DNA from: Gammaproteobacteria bacterium
GTDB taxonomy: Bacteria; Pseudomonadota; Gammaproteobacteria; Steroidobacterales; Rariloculaceae
Assembly (NCBI GenBank): GCA_022820625.1
Contig: JAJEFE010000003.1
Location: 809 to 64,808 of the forward strand
Length of the DNA stretch: 64,000 nucleotides
Direction: 5' to 3'
Shown here: positions 35,283 to 44,671 of the stretch, one piece after another
Layout: the number at the start of each line of letters is the position of its first letter
How positions within the stretch are numbered: position 1 is the stretch's first letter
Notes under the pieces: model-generated
Database searches by the model: none
What the model saw: the letters and a program-made list of their open reading frames with translations, nothing else
What the model was told of the DNA's origin: nothing
Position numbers and translations under genes: made by a program

Positions 35283-36079
35283 AGGCACGCGTCATCACCG
35301 CGCTTGTGCTGGCCGGCGGCATGACGGTGACCGTGCTCTACTTTCCCACCTGGGCCGTGGCCTGGGTCATCGGGCTGTTCTGTCTGGGGGGCGTCTGGGA
35401 GTGGGCCGGGCTGACACGCCTGCATGGAGTCGCGCGCTGGGTTTATCTCTCGGCCTTTGCCCTGTTGATGCTGGGTCTGGCCAGATGGGGGCTGGACCGG
35501 GGCTGGACGGCAAACACCATCATGGCCGTCGCGGTCTGCTGGTGGGGACTGGCGGCGCTGGTCCTTCGAATTCGTCCGCAGCGCATACCCCTGTACCTGG
35601 TCGGCGCCACCGGACCGCTGGCGCTGTTGCCCGCCTGGTTTCTGCTGACCCACCTGCACGGGAACGCGGCGCAGGGACCCAGCCTGACGCTCAGCATCAT
35701 GTTGATCGTATGGGCTGCGGATGTGGGCGGCCACTTCGTCGGAGGTAACTGGGGGCGGGTAAAGCTCGCGCCCCGCGTGAGCCCCGCCAAGACCTGGGAA
35801 GGCGTGATTGGCGGGGTGGCGCTGGCGACCCTGTTTGCATTGTCGGCGGGCCTGTTACTCGATCTGCCCGCCGCGACGTTCGTGGTGATCGGAGTTGCCG
35901 CCGCACTCGTATCCGTAGTCGGCGATCTCACGGTGAGCATGCTCAAGCGCAACGTCAGCGTGAAGGACAGCGGCTGGTGGTTGCCCGGACACGGAGGGAT
36001 ACTGGATCGAATCGACGGTCTCGTCGCCGCCGCACCGATCTTCTTTCTCGGGCTCGTTGCCGCGGGCTTCATGGGTTGA
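35276..36079 (+). CDS. cdsA: phosphatidate cytidylyltransferase
   Basis: 267-aa polytopic ORF with a GTG start. The C-terminal signature is SMLKRNVSVKDSGWWLPGHGGILDRIDG. Confidence 0.88.
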   Translation: MLKARVITALVLAGGMTVTVLYFPTWAVAWVIGLFCLGGVWEWAGLTRLHGVARWVYLSAFALLMLGLARWGLDRGWTANTIMAVAVCWWGLAALVLRIRPQRIPLYLVGATGPLALLPAWFLLTHLHGNAAQGPSLTLSIMLIVWAADVGGHFVGGNWGRVKLAPRVSPAKTWEGVIGGVALATLFALSAGLLLDLPAATFVVIGVAAALVSVVGDLTVSMLKRNVSVKDSGWWLPGHGGILDRIDGLVAAAPIFFLGLVAAGFMG

Positions 36080-36228
36080 ATGGATTCTGAACCCGTGGCT
36101 TCAGCAACGGTCTCAACCTTGTGAATTGTGATCTTGGGGAGTCGGCAAGGGGTGGGTAGAATAGTCGTGCCGGTGCGCGTGGGTCGTCCGGCGTTGGCCG
36201 GGACGAACCGACCGGGAGTGGATTGCGG

Positions 36229-37602
36229 ATGATCGATGTGATTCTTGCGATTGCGGCGTTTATCGTCACGATCGGCATTCTCGTGTCGTTCCACGAGTAT
36301 GGGCACTTCGCCGTGGCGCGCGCACTCGGGTTCAAGGTCCTGCGATTCTCGGTCGGATTCGGCAAGCCTTTGTATCGATGGCAGGGGCGTGCGCCCTCCG
36401 GCGTCGTCGTCGCCGGAACGCCCGCCCCGGCTCCGACCGAGTACTGGATCTCCAGCATTCCGCTGGGCGGCTACGTGAAGCTGCTGGACGAGCGTGAGGG
36501 GCCCGTCCCCGCCGCCGAGCGGCACATGGCCTTCAATCGCCGCCCGATCCCGCACCGCATTGCCGTTCTCGCCGCCGGCCCGGGGTTCAACTTCGTATTC
36601 GCCATCATGGCCTACTGGCTCATGTTCGTGACCGGGGTGCCCAGCCTGAAGGCATTCGTGGGCGACGTAACCCCCGGCTCCACGGCGGCGCAAGCAGGGC
36701 TGGCCGAGTACGACGAGATCCTGGCTGTCGGCGATCAGCCCACCCCCACATGGGAGACCGCCACGCTTGCGATTCTCGACGAACTGCTGAGGGACGGGCG
36801 CATCGACATGACCGTGGAAGGCGCCGACGGCCGGGCCAGAGCGGTTGAACTGGACGTGCGCGGGCGGGAAGCGGAATTGACCGAACCGGAATCCCTGTGG
36901 GATGGATTGGGATTTTCCCCCGGAGCCCTGCCTCCGGTAATTGGCGCAGTGACCCCCGACGGTCCCGCCGAGCGTGCCGGTTTCCTCCAGGGCGATCGAC
37001 TGTTGAGTGCGCAGCGCGAGCCCATCGACAATTGGGCGACGTGGGTGGAATTCATCCGCTCACGCCCCGGGCAGACCGTGTCGGTGCTCGTTCAGCGTGG
37101 CGGAAACGAACGCAGATTGACGTTGGCCATCGGCAGCGTGGACCAGGACGGTCAGGTCATCGGCCGCATCGGCGCCGGCGCCGACAACTACGTGGAGCAG
37201 CGTTACGGCGTGGTCGAATCGGTTCCCAGAGGCATCGCCAGGACCTGGGAAATGAGCGCGCTGACCTTGCGAATGCTGGGACGCATGGTCGTGGGCGACG
37301 TATCGGTTCGCAACATCAGCGGACCGCTGACGATCGCCGCATTCGCCGGCGACAGCGCTCGCGCCGGACTGACCGCGATCCTGAGCTTTCTGGCCATCGT
37401 CAGCATCAGCCTGGGGATCCTGAACCTGCTGCCCGTACCGCTTCTGGACGGCGGTCAGATCGTTTACCAGGCGGTTGAATGGGTCAAGGGATCGCCCTTG
37501 TCGGAGCGCACGATGCTCATCGGCCAGCAGGTGGGCCTGGTCATGCTCTTCGTGTTGATGAGCTTTGCCTTCTATAATGACTTCGCAAGGATTTTCGGCT
37601 GA
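36229..37602 (+). CDS. rseP: sigma-E protease regulator / site-2 zinc metalloprotease RseP
   Basis: I chose the ATG at 36229, with gggag 10 nt upstream; the ORF track begins at the TTG at 36223. It has HEYGHF (HExxH), two PDZ regions and the C-terminal NLLPVPLLDGG motif. Confidence 0.88.
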   Translation: MIDVILAIAAFIVTIGILVSFHEYGHFAVARALGFKVLRFSVGFGKPLYRWQGRAPSGVVVAGTPAPAPTEYWISSIPLGGYVKLLDEREGPVPAAERHMAFNRRPIPHRIAVLAAGPGFNFVFAIMAYWLMFVTGVPSLKAFVGDVTPGSTAAQAGLAEYDEILAVGDQPTPTWETATLAILDELLRDGRIDMTVEGADGRARAVELDVRGREAELTEPESLWDGLGFSPGALPPVIGAVTPDGPAERAGFLQGDRLLSAQREPIDNWATWVEFIRSRPGQTVSVLVQRGGNERRLTLAIGSVDQDGQVIGRIGAGADNYVEQRYGVVESVPRGIARTWEMSALTLRMLGRMVVGDVSVRNISGPLTIAAFAGDSARAGLTAILSFLAIVSISLGILNLLPVPLLDGGQIVYQAVEWVKGSPLSERTMLIGQQVGLVMLFVLMSFAFYNDFARIFG

Positions 37603-40010
37603 TGCACAGGTTAAACGTGTCGGGATTGAGTTCGGCTCTACGAACGGGCGCCGCCGCCCTGTTGGCTCTGGCGCTCAACTGCGCACAGTCCCAGGGGTTC
37701 GACCCCTGGGTGGTACGGAACTTCGAGGTCGAAGGCGCCCAGCGGATTTCCACGGGCACGATCTACAACTACCTGCCGCTGAACATAGGCGACACCGTCA
37801 CCGACCAGCGCGTTCAGGAGTCCATCCGCGCGCTGTATTCGACGGGGTTCTTCCAGGACGTCGAATTCCGCAGGAACACCGATACGCTGGTCATCGCGGT
37901 GCTGGAGCGCCCGTCCATCGAGGAATTCACCATCGAGGGGAACGACGAGATCAAGACGGAGGACCTCGAGGAGTCGCTGCGTCAGGTCGGCCTGACGCGG
38001 GGCAAGGTCTTCGACCGGTCGGTGCTCGAAGAGGTTCAGCAGTTCCTCTACGAGCAGTACTACAGCCGGGGCCGCTACGGCGTCAGCGTGGAAACGCCCA
38101 TCGAGGATATCGGCGACAACCGCGTCCGGGTGGGCATCGAGATCGAGGAAGGCGCCCGCTCCAAGATCCGGCAGATCAACGTGGTCGGCAACACCAGCTT
38201 CACCGACAGGGACATTCTCGGCGACTTCGAGCTGAGCACGGGTAACTGGCTGTCCTTCATCAGGAACGACGACCGCTATTCCAAGGAGGCGCTGGAGGGA
38301 GACCTTGAATCCCTGCGTTCCTTCTACATGGATCGCGGTTTCGCGGACTTCCGCCTGGAGAGTATCCAGGTCGCCATTTCGCCGGACAAACAGGACATCT
38401 TCATCACCGTCAACGTCACCGAGGGTGACCGTTACACCATTTCCGACGTCCAGTTGGCCGGCGACCTGGTGGTGCCCGAAGAGGAACTCAGGAGGCTGAT
38501 CTACGCCCAGCCCGGACAACTGTTCTCCCAGCAGATCATTGCGCTCAGCGAAGAGTACCTGACGCTGCGCCTGGGCCAGGACGGGTATGGCTTCGCCCAG
38601 GTTCAGGCCGTGCCCGAACTGGACGAGGAGAGCAAGGAAGTTTCCATCACCTTCTTCGTGGACCCCAGGAATCGCGTCTACGTGCGCCGCATCAATTTCA
38701 ACGGCGCCGACAGCGTCAACGACGAGGTCTTTCGCCGCGAGATGCGCCAGTTGGAAGGGGCCTACCTTTCCAATGCCGCACTGGAGCGATCGCAGATTCG
38801 CCTGCAGCGACTGCCCTACATCGAGTCGGTGGAATTCGAGACGATCCCCGTACCCGGCTCACCTGACCTGGTGGACATCGAATTCGCAGTCGAGGAAGGG
38901 CTGCCCGGACAGTTCGGCGGCGGCATCGGCTATTCCGAGTACTACGGGCTTACGCTCAACGGCAACTTCGTCCATTCCAATTTCATGGGCACCGGAAACC
39001 GGGTCGGCGTGGACCTGAGCGGCGGTGACTTCTACAAGGTCTACAGCCTGAATTTCACCGACCCATATCGTACCATCGACGAGCTGTCGCGCACCTTGTC
39101 GCTCTCCTACCGGGACATCAGGCAGTTCACGTCGGCCACGTCGGACTTCTCCACCCAGACCATCACCGCCGGCGCCGACTGGTCCTACCCGGTGACCGAG
39201 ATGCAGTACCTGCGCTTCGGACTCTCCGCTTCCCAGGCCCAGATGGTGACCGGCTATTACAGTTCCCAACAAGCTGCGGAGTGGGTCCAGAATCACGGCA
39301 ATCCCTTTACCATCGACGGGGGGCAATTTTTCGGGACCACGGTCGAAACGCTCGATGTTGCCCTGGGTTGGTCCTTCGACTCCCGCAACCGCTTTATTTT
39401 CCCCACCCGGGGGTTGCGGCTGGCCGCCAACCTGAGCGCATCGATTCCCGGCAGCGAGGTCGAGTACTATATCGCCTCGCTGGACTATACCCAGTACATC
39501 CCGCTCTTCGGCGCCTGGATGCTCAAGCTCAACTCGGAGCTGGCGCTGGGCGAGCCCTACGGGGAAGAAACGCAGGCGCTGCCGCCATACCGCTATTTCT
39601 ACGGCGGTGGCCCGGGCACCGTGCGGGGCTACCGGGAAAGCTGGCTCGGCCCGCGGGATTCCCTGTCCAATCCCCATGGCGGCAACCTGTTGGTCGCCAA
39701 CCAGTTCGAACTGGTCTTTCCGCTGCCCGAGCGGTTCGCGACCTCGGCTCGCGCCGCGCTGTTCTACGACGTCGGCAACGTCTTTCACACGGGCGGGGTG
39801 ACCTTCTACGATCGCCTGGGCGACCGGGTCAGCTACGACTTCGATGCGGAACGACTCAAACATTCCGTCGGATTAGCGGTAGAATGGCTGGCGCCGCTGG
39901 GGCTGTTGAGATTCAGCTACGGGTTGCCCCTGAACGCCGACGAGGAGACGGATCGGTTCTGGGGCGACCGTACGGAGGAATTCCAGTTCACGGTCGGCAA
40001 CGCGTTCTAA
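37602..40010 (+). CDS. bamA: outer membrane protein assembly factor BamA
   Basis: 802-aa ORF with a signal peptide, POTRA repeats (V.EG.QRIS...) and a C-terminal barrel ending ...FTVGNAF. Its ATG overlaps the rseP stop. Confidence 0.9.
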   Translation: MHRLNVSGLSSALRTGAAALLALALNCAQSQGFDPWVVRNFEVEGAQRISTGTIYNYLPLNIGDTVTDQRVQESIRALYSTGFFQDVEFRRNTDTLVIAVLERPSIEEFTIEGNDEIKTEDLEESLRQVGLTRGKVFDRSVLEEVQQFLYEQYYSRGRYGVSVETPIEDIGDNRVRVGIEIEEGARSKIRQINVVGNTSFTDRDILGDFELSTGNWLSFIRNDDRYSKEALEGDLESLRSFYMDRGFADFRLESIQVAISPDKQDIFITVNVTEGDRYTISDVQLAGDLVVPEEELRRLIYAQPGQLFSQQIIALSEEYLTLRLGQDGYGFAQVQAVPELDEESKEVSITFFVDPRNRVYVRRINFNGADSVNDEVFRREMRQLEGAYLSNAALERSQIRLQRLPYIESVEFETIPVPGSPDLVDIEFAVEEGLPGQFGGGIGYSEYYGLTLNGNFVHSNFMGTGNRVGVDLSGGDFYKVYSLNFTDPYRTIDELSRTLSLSYRDIRQFTSATSDFSTQTITAGADWSYPVTEMQYLRFGLSASQAQMVTGYYSSQQAAEWVQNHGNPFTIDGGQFFGTTVETLDVALGWSFDSRNRFIFPTRGLRLAANLSASIPGSEVEYYIASLDYTQYIPLFGAWMLKLNSELALGEPYGEETQALPPYRYFYGGGPGTVRGYRESWLGPRDSLSNPHGGNLLVANQFELVFPLPERFATSARAALFYDVGNVFHTGGVTFYDRLGDRVSYDFDAERLKHSVGLAVEWLAPLGLLRFSYGLPLNADEETDRFWGDRTEEFQFTVGNAF

Positions 40011-40020
40011 CAGAGAATTC

Positions 40021-40575
40021 ATGAGGTTCAGGATGACATCGTTTGCAGGACTTCGGATCGGCTTGCTGCTCGCTGCCCTTCTGGCCGGCGCAGTGGCGGT
40101 CGCTCAGACGGAGGGGCTCCGGATCGGTGCCGTGGATTTCGGACGGCTGATCGATCAGTCGCCGCAGGCTCGGATGGCGACGGAAGCCCTGCAGGAAGAA
40201 TTTGCGCCGCGCCAGCGCGATATTGCCGCACTGCAGCGCTCGCTGCAGGAGAAACAGGAAACCTACCAGCGCGACAGCGCGATCATGGGTGAGACGGAAC
40301 GCCTGAATCTCGAACGCGAGATCACGGCCGAACAGCGCGACATGCAGCGCGAGCAAACCGCATTCATCGAAGACATGGACATTCGGCGCAACGCGGAACT
40401 GACCCGGGTGCAGGAAACCCTGATTCAGGAAGTGCAGATCTATTCCCGCGCCGCCGGCTACGATCTGGTGGTCGCCAATCCGCTCTACTACGGCAGCGCC
40501 GTGGACATTACCGAGGAAGTGTTGCGCAGGCTGGAAGCCGACCTCGCCGCCGAGGACACGGGAGCGGCTGAATAA
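40021..40575 (+). CDS. skp: periplasmic chaperone Skp (OmpH family)
   Basis: 184-aa ORF with a signal peptide and a long helical Q/E/R-rich body. It occupies the position between bamA and lpxD. Confidence 0.8.
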   Translation: MRFRMTSFAGLRIGLLLAALLAGAVAVAQTEGLRIGAVDFGRLIDQSPQARMATEALQEEFAPRQRDIAALQRSLQEKQETYQRDSAIMGETERLNLEREITAEQRDMQREQTAFIEDMDIRRNAELTRVQETLIQEVQIYSRAAGYDLVVANPLYYGSAVDITEEVLRRLEADLAAEDTGAAE

Positions 40576-41639
40576 CTCCCTCGGCGGATCAATCCGACGC
40601 GCCTCCCCGGCGCGCCGCGACGCTCGCTGAACTCGCGGAACGGTTCAACTGCGAGGTACACGGAAACCGCAGCCGGCCGATCCATGCCGTCGGGACACTG
40701 GCGAATGCGACTGCCAAGGCCATCAGTTTCCTGGCCAACCCGGCCTACCGGCGTCACCTGGCGGCAACCCGGGCGGGCGCGGTGATCCTGGAAGAGCGCT
40801 TCGTCGCGGAATGTCCCGTGCCCGCGCTGGTCGCCGCCAATCCGTATGCCGTCTACGCGCGCGTGGCGCAATTCCTCCATCCGCCGGCTGCGGCAGAGCC
40901 GGGAATACATTCGTCCGCTAGCGTTGACGATGAGGCGGTCGTCTCCAGATCGGCCCAGGTGTGCGCTCAAGCTGTGGTGCGCGGTGGCGCAAGGCTTGGT
41001 GAGTCGGTGGTGATCGGCGAAGGTTCGGTGGTGGGCGCCGGAGTGTCCATCGGTGACGGGACGCGCCTGGCGCCCCGGGTGGTGCTCATGGACGGCGTCA
41101 GGGTGGGCAGGCGCTGTCTGCTCCATTCCGGCGTGGTGGTCGGCAGCGACGGGTTCGGATTTGCCCGGGAAGATCCAGAGTGGATCAAGGTGCCTCAACT
41201 GGGCGGCGCGATCATCGGCGACGACGTGGAAATCGGGGCCAACACCACGGTGGATCGCGGCGCCGTCGAGGACACCGTGATCGAAGACGGCGTCAAGATG
41301 GACAACCAGGTGCAGATTGCGCACAACGTCCGCATCGGCGCGCACACGGTCATGTCCGCTTTCTCGGGCGTGGCCGGCAGCACCCGCGTCGGCGCCAGAT
41401 GCCTGTTCGGCGGCGCCGTCGTCGTGGTCGGACACCTGACCATCTGCGACGACGCGGTTTTCACTTTCCGGACGGCGGTGCTCAGATCGGTCACCGAACC
41501 GGGCACCTATTCCGGGACGCTGGGCGCGGAGGAAGCCGGTGTCTGGCGCCGCAACGCGGCCCGGTTCCGGGCGCTGGACGAGACCGTGCGGCAATTGCGG
41601 GCGAGTACGAAGCCGGGACGGGGAACGGGCGGTGACTGA
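40572..41639 (+). CDS. lpxD: UDP-3-O-acylglucosamine N-acyltransferase; start codon unresolved (coordinates give the whole open frame)
   Basis: The ORF track starts at GTG 40782. However, the same frame is open from 40572 and encodes ATLAELAERFNCEVHGNRSRPIHAVGTLANATAKAISFLANPAYRRHL..., which aligns with the N-terminus of E. coli/P. aeruginosa LpxD as remembered. Hexapeptide repeats and GDDVEIGANTTVDRG lie downstream. Confidence 0.8.
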   Translation: MTPSADQSDAPPRRAATLAELAERFNCEVHGNRSRPIHAVGTLANATAKAISFLANPAYRRHLAATRAGAVILEERFVAECPVPALVAANPYAVYARVAQFLHPPAAAEPGIHSSASVDDEAVVSRSAQVCAQAVVRGGARLGESVVIGEGSVVGAGVSIGDGTRLAPRVVLMDGVRVGRRCLLHSGVVVGSDGFGFAREDPEWIKVPQLGGAIIGDDVEIGANTTVDRGAVEDTVIEDGVKMDNQVQIAHNVRIGAHTVMSAFSGVAGSTRVGARCLFGGAVVVVGHLTICDDAVFTFRTAVLRSVTEPGTYSGTLGAEEAGVWRRNAARFRALDETVRQLRASTKPGRGTGGD

Positions 41640-42084
41640 GCGCTATTGCATCGATGTGGAAGGCATCATGGAGCGAATTCCACACCGTTACCCGTTCCTG
41701 TTGCTCGACGGCATCCTGCACTGCAAGCCCGGCGAGACCATTACAGCCGTCAAGAACGTGTCATTCAACGAGCCGTATTTCCTGGGTCATTTCCCCGGGC
41801 ACCCGGTGATGCCCGGCGTGCTGATCGTGGAAACCATGGCGCAGGCGGCGGGCGTGCTCATCTGGGAGAGCGTGCCGCCGCAAGAGCGCGACTTCACCCT
41901 CTACCTGGCCGCGGTGGAAAGGGCGCGGTTCAGGCATCCCGTGCGGCCGGGAGACCGATTGGCGGTCACCGCGACGCTGACTTCGCGCCGCCGGAATTTC
42001 TGGCGCTTCGACGCTGTCGCCGAAGTGGGCGGAACGCGGGTGGCGAGTTCCGAATTCGTGCAAACGCCGGGGCTGCCGCGGTGA
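41632..42084 (+). CDS. fabZ: 3-hydroxyacyl-ACP dehydratase FabZ
   Basis: I chose the in-frame GTG at 41632 of ORF 41539..42084, which overlaps the lpxD stop (GTGA). Motifs are IMERIPHRYPFLLLD and FPGHPVMPGVLIVETMAQ. Confidence 0.88.
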   Translation: MTERYCIDVEGIMERIPHRYPFLLLDGILHCKPGETITAVKNVSFNEPYFLGHFPGHPVMPGVLIVETMAQAAGVLIWESVPPQERDFTLYLAAVERARFRHPVRPGDRLAVTATLTSRRRNFWRFDAVAEVGGTRVASSEFVQTPGLPR

Positions 42085-42851
42085 TCGATGCGCGGGCCGT
42101 GATTTCCGACAGTGCGCGTCTGCACCGGGACGTGTCGGTCGGCCCCTACAGCATCATCGGTCCGGACGTGGAGATCGGGCCGGGCACGCGAATCGAATCC
42201 CACGTCGTGCTGAAGGGGCCCTGTGTCATCGGCGAGGAAAATCACATCTTCCAGTTTGCCTCCATCGGCGACGATCCCCAGGACAAGAAATACGCTGGCG
42301 AGTTGACGGAACTTGTCATCGGCGACCGCAACACCATTCGGGAATACTGCACGATCAATCGCGGCACGGTTCAGGGCGGCGGCAAGACACGGGTAGGGCA
42401 CGACAACTGGATCATGGCGTATGTCCACATCGCGCACGACTGCATTGTCGGCAACCAGACCGTCCTGGCCAACAACACGACCCTGGCCGGACACGTGCAG
42501 GTAGGGGACTGGGCGGTACTCGGCGGCTTCACGGGCGTGCACCAGCATTGCCGCATCGGCGCCCACGCGCTGACCGGCATCTTTACCGCAGTGACCAAGG
42601 ATATTCCCGCCTACGTGACGGCGGCCGGCCGCCCGGCCGTACCCCGCGGCATCAACGCCGAGGGCCTGCGGCGGCGCGGGTTCGGCGCAACCCGGATCAG
42701 CCGCATCCGTGAAGCCTACCGGACGATTTACCGTCAGGGGCTCAAATTGGAGGAAGCGCTTGCGATTCTACGCCAGCAAGCCGAAACGCAGGAAGAAATT
42801 CGCCTTCTGCTGGCCTCCATCAGCAAGAGTTCCCGTGGCCTTATTCGATAG
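42081..42851 (+). CDS. lpxA: acyl-ACP--UDP-N-acetylglucosamine O-acyltransferase
   Basis: I chose the in-frame GTG at 42081 of ORF 41646..42851, which overlaps the fabZ stop. It has hexapeptide repeats, the motif ASIGDDPQDKKYAGE and a length of 256 aa. Confidence 0.88.
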   Translation: MIDARAVISDSARLHRDVSVGPYSIIGPDVEIGPGTRIESHVVLKGPCVIGEENHIFQFASIGDDPQDKKYAGELTELVIGDRNTIREYCTINRGTVQGGGKTRVGHDNWIMAYVHIAHDCIVGNQTVLANNTTLAGHVQVGDWAVLGGFTGVHQHCRIGAHALTGIFTAVTKDIPAYVTAAGRPAVPRGINAEGLRRRGFGATRISRIREAYRTIYRQGLKLEEALAILRQQAETQEEIRLLLASISKSSRGLIR

Positions 42852-42857
42852 CGGATT

Positions 42858-44027
42858 GTGGTAAGGAACCCGCGGATCGGGTTGGTGGCGGGCGAGGCCT
42901 CCGGCGATACGCTGGGCGGGGGGTTGATCGACGCTCTGCGCGACAGGTTGCCCGATGCGCGGTTCATGGGGGTGGCCGGCCCGCGAATGATCGCCGCCGG
43001 ATGCGAGCCATGGCATCGCACCGAAGAATTGTCGGTGATGGGGCTTGCCGAAGTCCTGCGGCACCTGCCTCGCCTGATCAGGTTTCGCAGGAATCTGCTG
43101 CGTCGATTTCTGGCCGCCGATCTCGACCTGTTCGTCGGCATCGACTCGCCCGATTTCAACCTGCCCCTGGAGTCCGCGCTGAAACGGGCGGGCATTCCCA
43201 CCGTACAGTATGTCAGCCCCCAGGTCTGGGCCTGGCGGCAGTCCCGGGTGGCGAACATTCGCAAGTCCGCGGACCGGGTTCTCTGCCTGCTGCCCTTCGA
43301 GACGGGATTCTACGATGCCCATGGGGTCGGCGCCCGGTTCGTCGGTCATCCGCTGGCCGACGAAGTGCCGATGGATACCCCGGTGGCGCAAGCCAAAGCC
43401 TCCCTGGGCCTGGATGTGAACAAGCCGGCTTTGGCAGTGTTGCCCGGCAGTCGCAGCACGGAAGTCGCGCGCCTGGCAAGACCGTTCCTGGATACTGTTG
43501 CATGGATGCGTTCCCGGCGGCCCGAACTTCAGGTGATTGCCGGGCTGGCCAACGAGAGCACCGCCGCCGTATTTCTGGAGCAGGTTCGTTCAAGCCGCCT
43601 CGATCCGCCGCCGGCCGTTCACATCGGCCGGGCGCGCCAGGTGATGGCGGCCGCCGACGTGGTCCTCACCGCATCGGGAACGGCCAGCCTCGAGACGATG
43701 CTGACCAAGCGGCCGATGGTGGTTGCCTATATCGTCTCCGCCGTCACGCATCGGCTGGTAAGGATCCTTGGCTTTCGCAGGCTTGCGCATTTTGCCTTGC
43801 CGAATCTGTTGGCGGGCAGGCGTGTCGTACCGGAATTCCTGCAGGGCGACGTGCGCGCCGAAGTGCTTGGCCCGGCACTTGAATCGTACCTTGACGCTGA
43901 GCGCGGACAGGGCAAGGATAGCGGCTGGCATGAAACATTTCGGTCGGTCCACGAGCGGTTGCGCCGCAACGCCAGCGAAAGGGCGGCGAGCGCCGTGGTG
44001 GAACTCATGAATACGAAGAAGTCCTGA
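42858..44027 (+). CDS. lpxB: lipid-A-disaccharide synthase
   Basis: 389-aa ORF with the motifs RIGLVAGEASGD, VGIDSPDFNL and YVSPQVWAWRQSR. Confidence 0.88.
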   Translation: MVRNPRIGLVAGEASGDTLGGGLIDALRDRLPDARFMGVAGPRMIAAGCEPWHRTEELSVMGLAEVLRHLPRLIRFRRNLLRRFLAADLDLFVGIDSPDFNLPLESALKRAGIPTVQYVSPQVWAWRQSRVANIRKSADRVLCLLPFETGFYDAHGVGARFVGHPLADEVPMDTPVAQAKASLGLDVNKPALAVLPGSRSTEVARLARPFLDTVAWMRSRRPELQVIAGLANESTAAVFLEQVRSSRLDPPPAVHIGRARQVMAAADVVLTASGTASLETMLTKRPMVVAYIVSAVTHRLVRILGFRRLAHFALPNLLAGRRVVPEFLQGDVRAEVLGPALESYLDAERGQGKDSGWHETFRSVHERLRRNASERAASAVVELMNTKKS

Positions 44028-44030
44028 TCC

Positions 44031-44642
44031 ATGGAGCGGTTCGTTTCCGGCGGAACGGGAGTGGTTGCCGGTGTGGACGAAGCCGGCCGCGGCTGTCTCG
44101 CGGGACCCGTCGTGGCGGCCGCGGTCGTCCTGCACCCTGACCGTCCCGTTGCGGGGCTCAGGGACTCGAAGCTGTTGAGTCACTCAAGGCGCAGTCGGTT
44201 GGCGAGGGCTATCCGCCAGCGCGCCCGGGCTTTCGCGGTGGCGCTGGCAGCACCCTGCGAAATCGATGACGTGAACATACTGCAGGCTTCTCTGCGGGCC
44301 ATGGAACGGGCTGTAAGCGGATTGCGGATCAACCCGGATCTTGTTCAGGTGGATGGCAATCAGGCGCCCCTCTTCAACGGCGGCGTACCCGCGGTTGAGG
44401 CGGTGGTGGGCGGCGATCGTCTCGTGCCCGCCATCAGCGCCGCCTCCATCCTCGCCAAGGTCTATCGGGACCGGCTCATGGGCCTTTGGCATATCCGGTA
44501 CCCGGGTTATGGTTTCAATACCAACAAGGGCTATCCCACTTCGGTGCACCTGGCTGCGCTGAACAGGATCGGCCCCTGTGCCATTCATCGGCGCAGTTTC
44601 ACACCCGTGCGGCACGCCGATGCAGCCCGTCCCGGTCAGTGA
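44031..44642 (+). CDS. rnhB: ribonuclease HII
   Basis: 203-aa ORF with the motifs [17 protein letters not shown] and DSKLLS. Confidence 0.9.
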   Translation: MERFVSGGTGVVAGVDEAGRGCLAGPVVAAAVVLHPDRPVAGLRDSKLLSHSRRSRLARAIRQRARAFAVALAAPCEIDDVNILQASLRAMERAVSGLRINPDLVQVDGNQAPLFNGGVPAVEAVVGGDRLVPAISAASILAKVYRDRLMGLWHIRYPGYGFNTNKGYPTSVHLAALNRIGPCAIHRRSFTPVRHADAARPGQ

Positions 44643-44671
44643 GGCTAGCGGGCAGGGATGATGCGCAGGAC

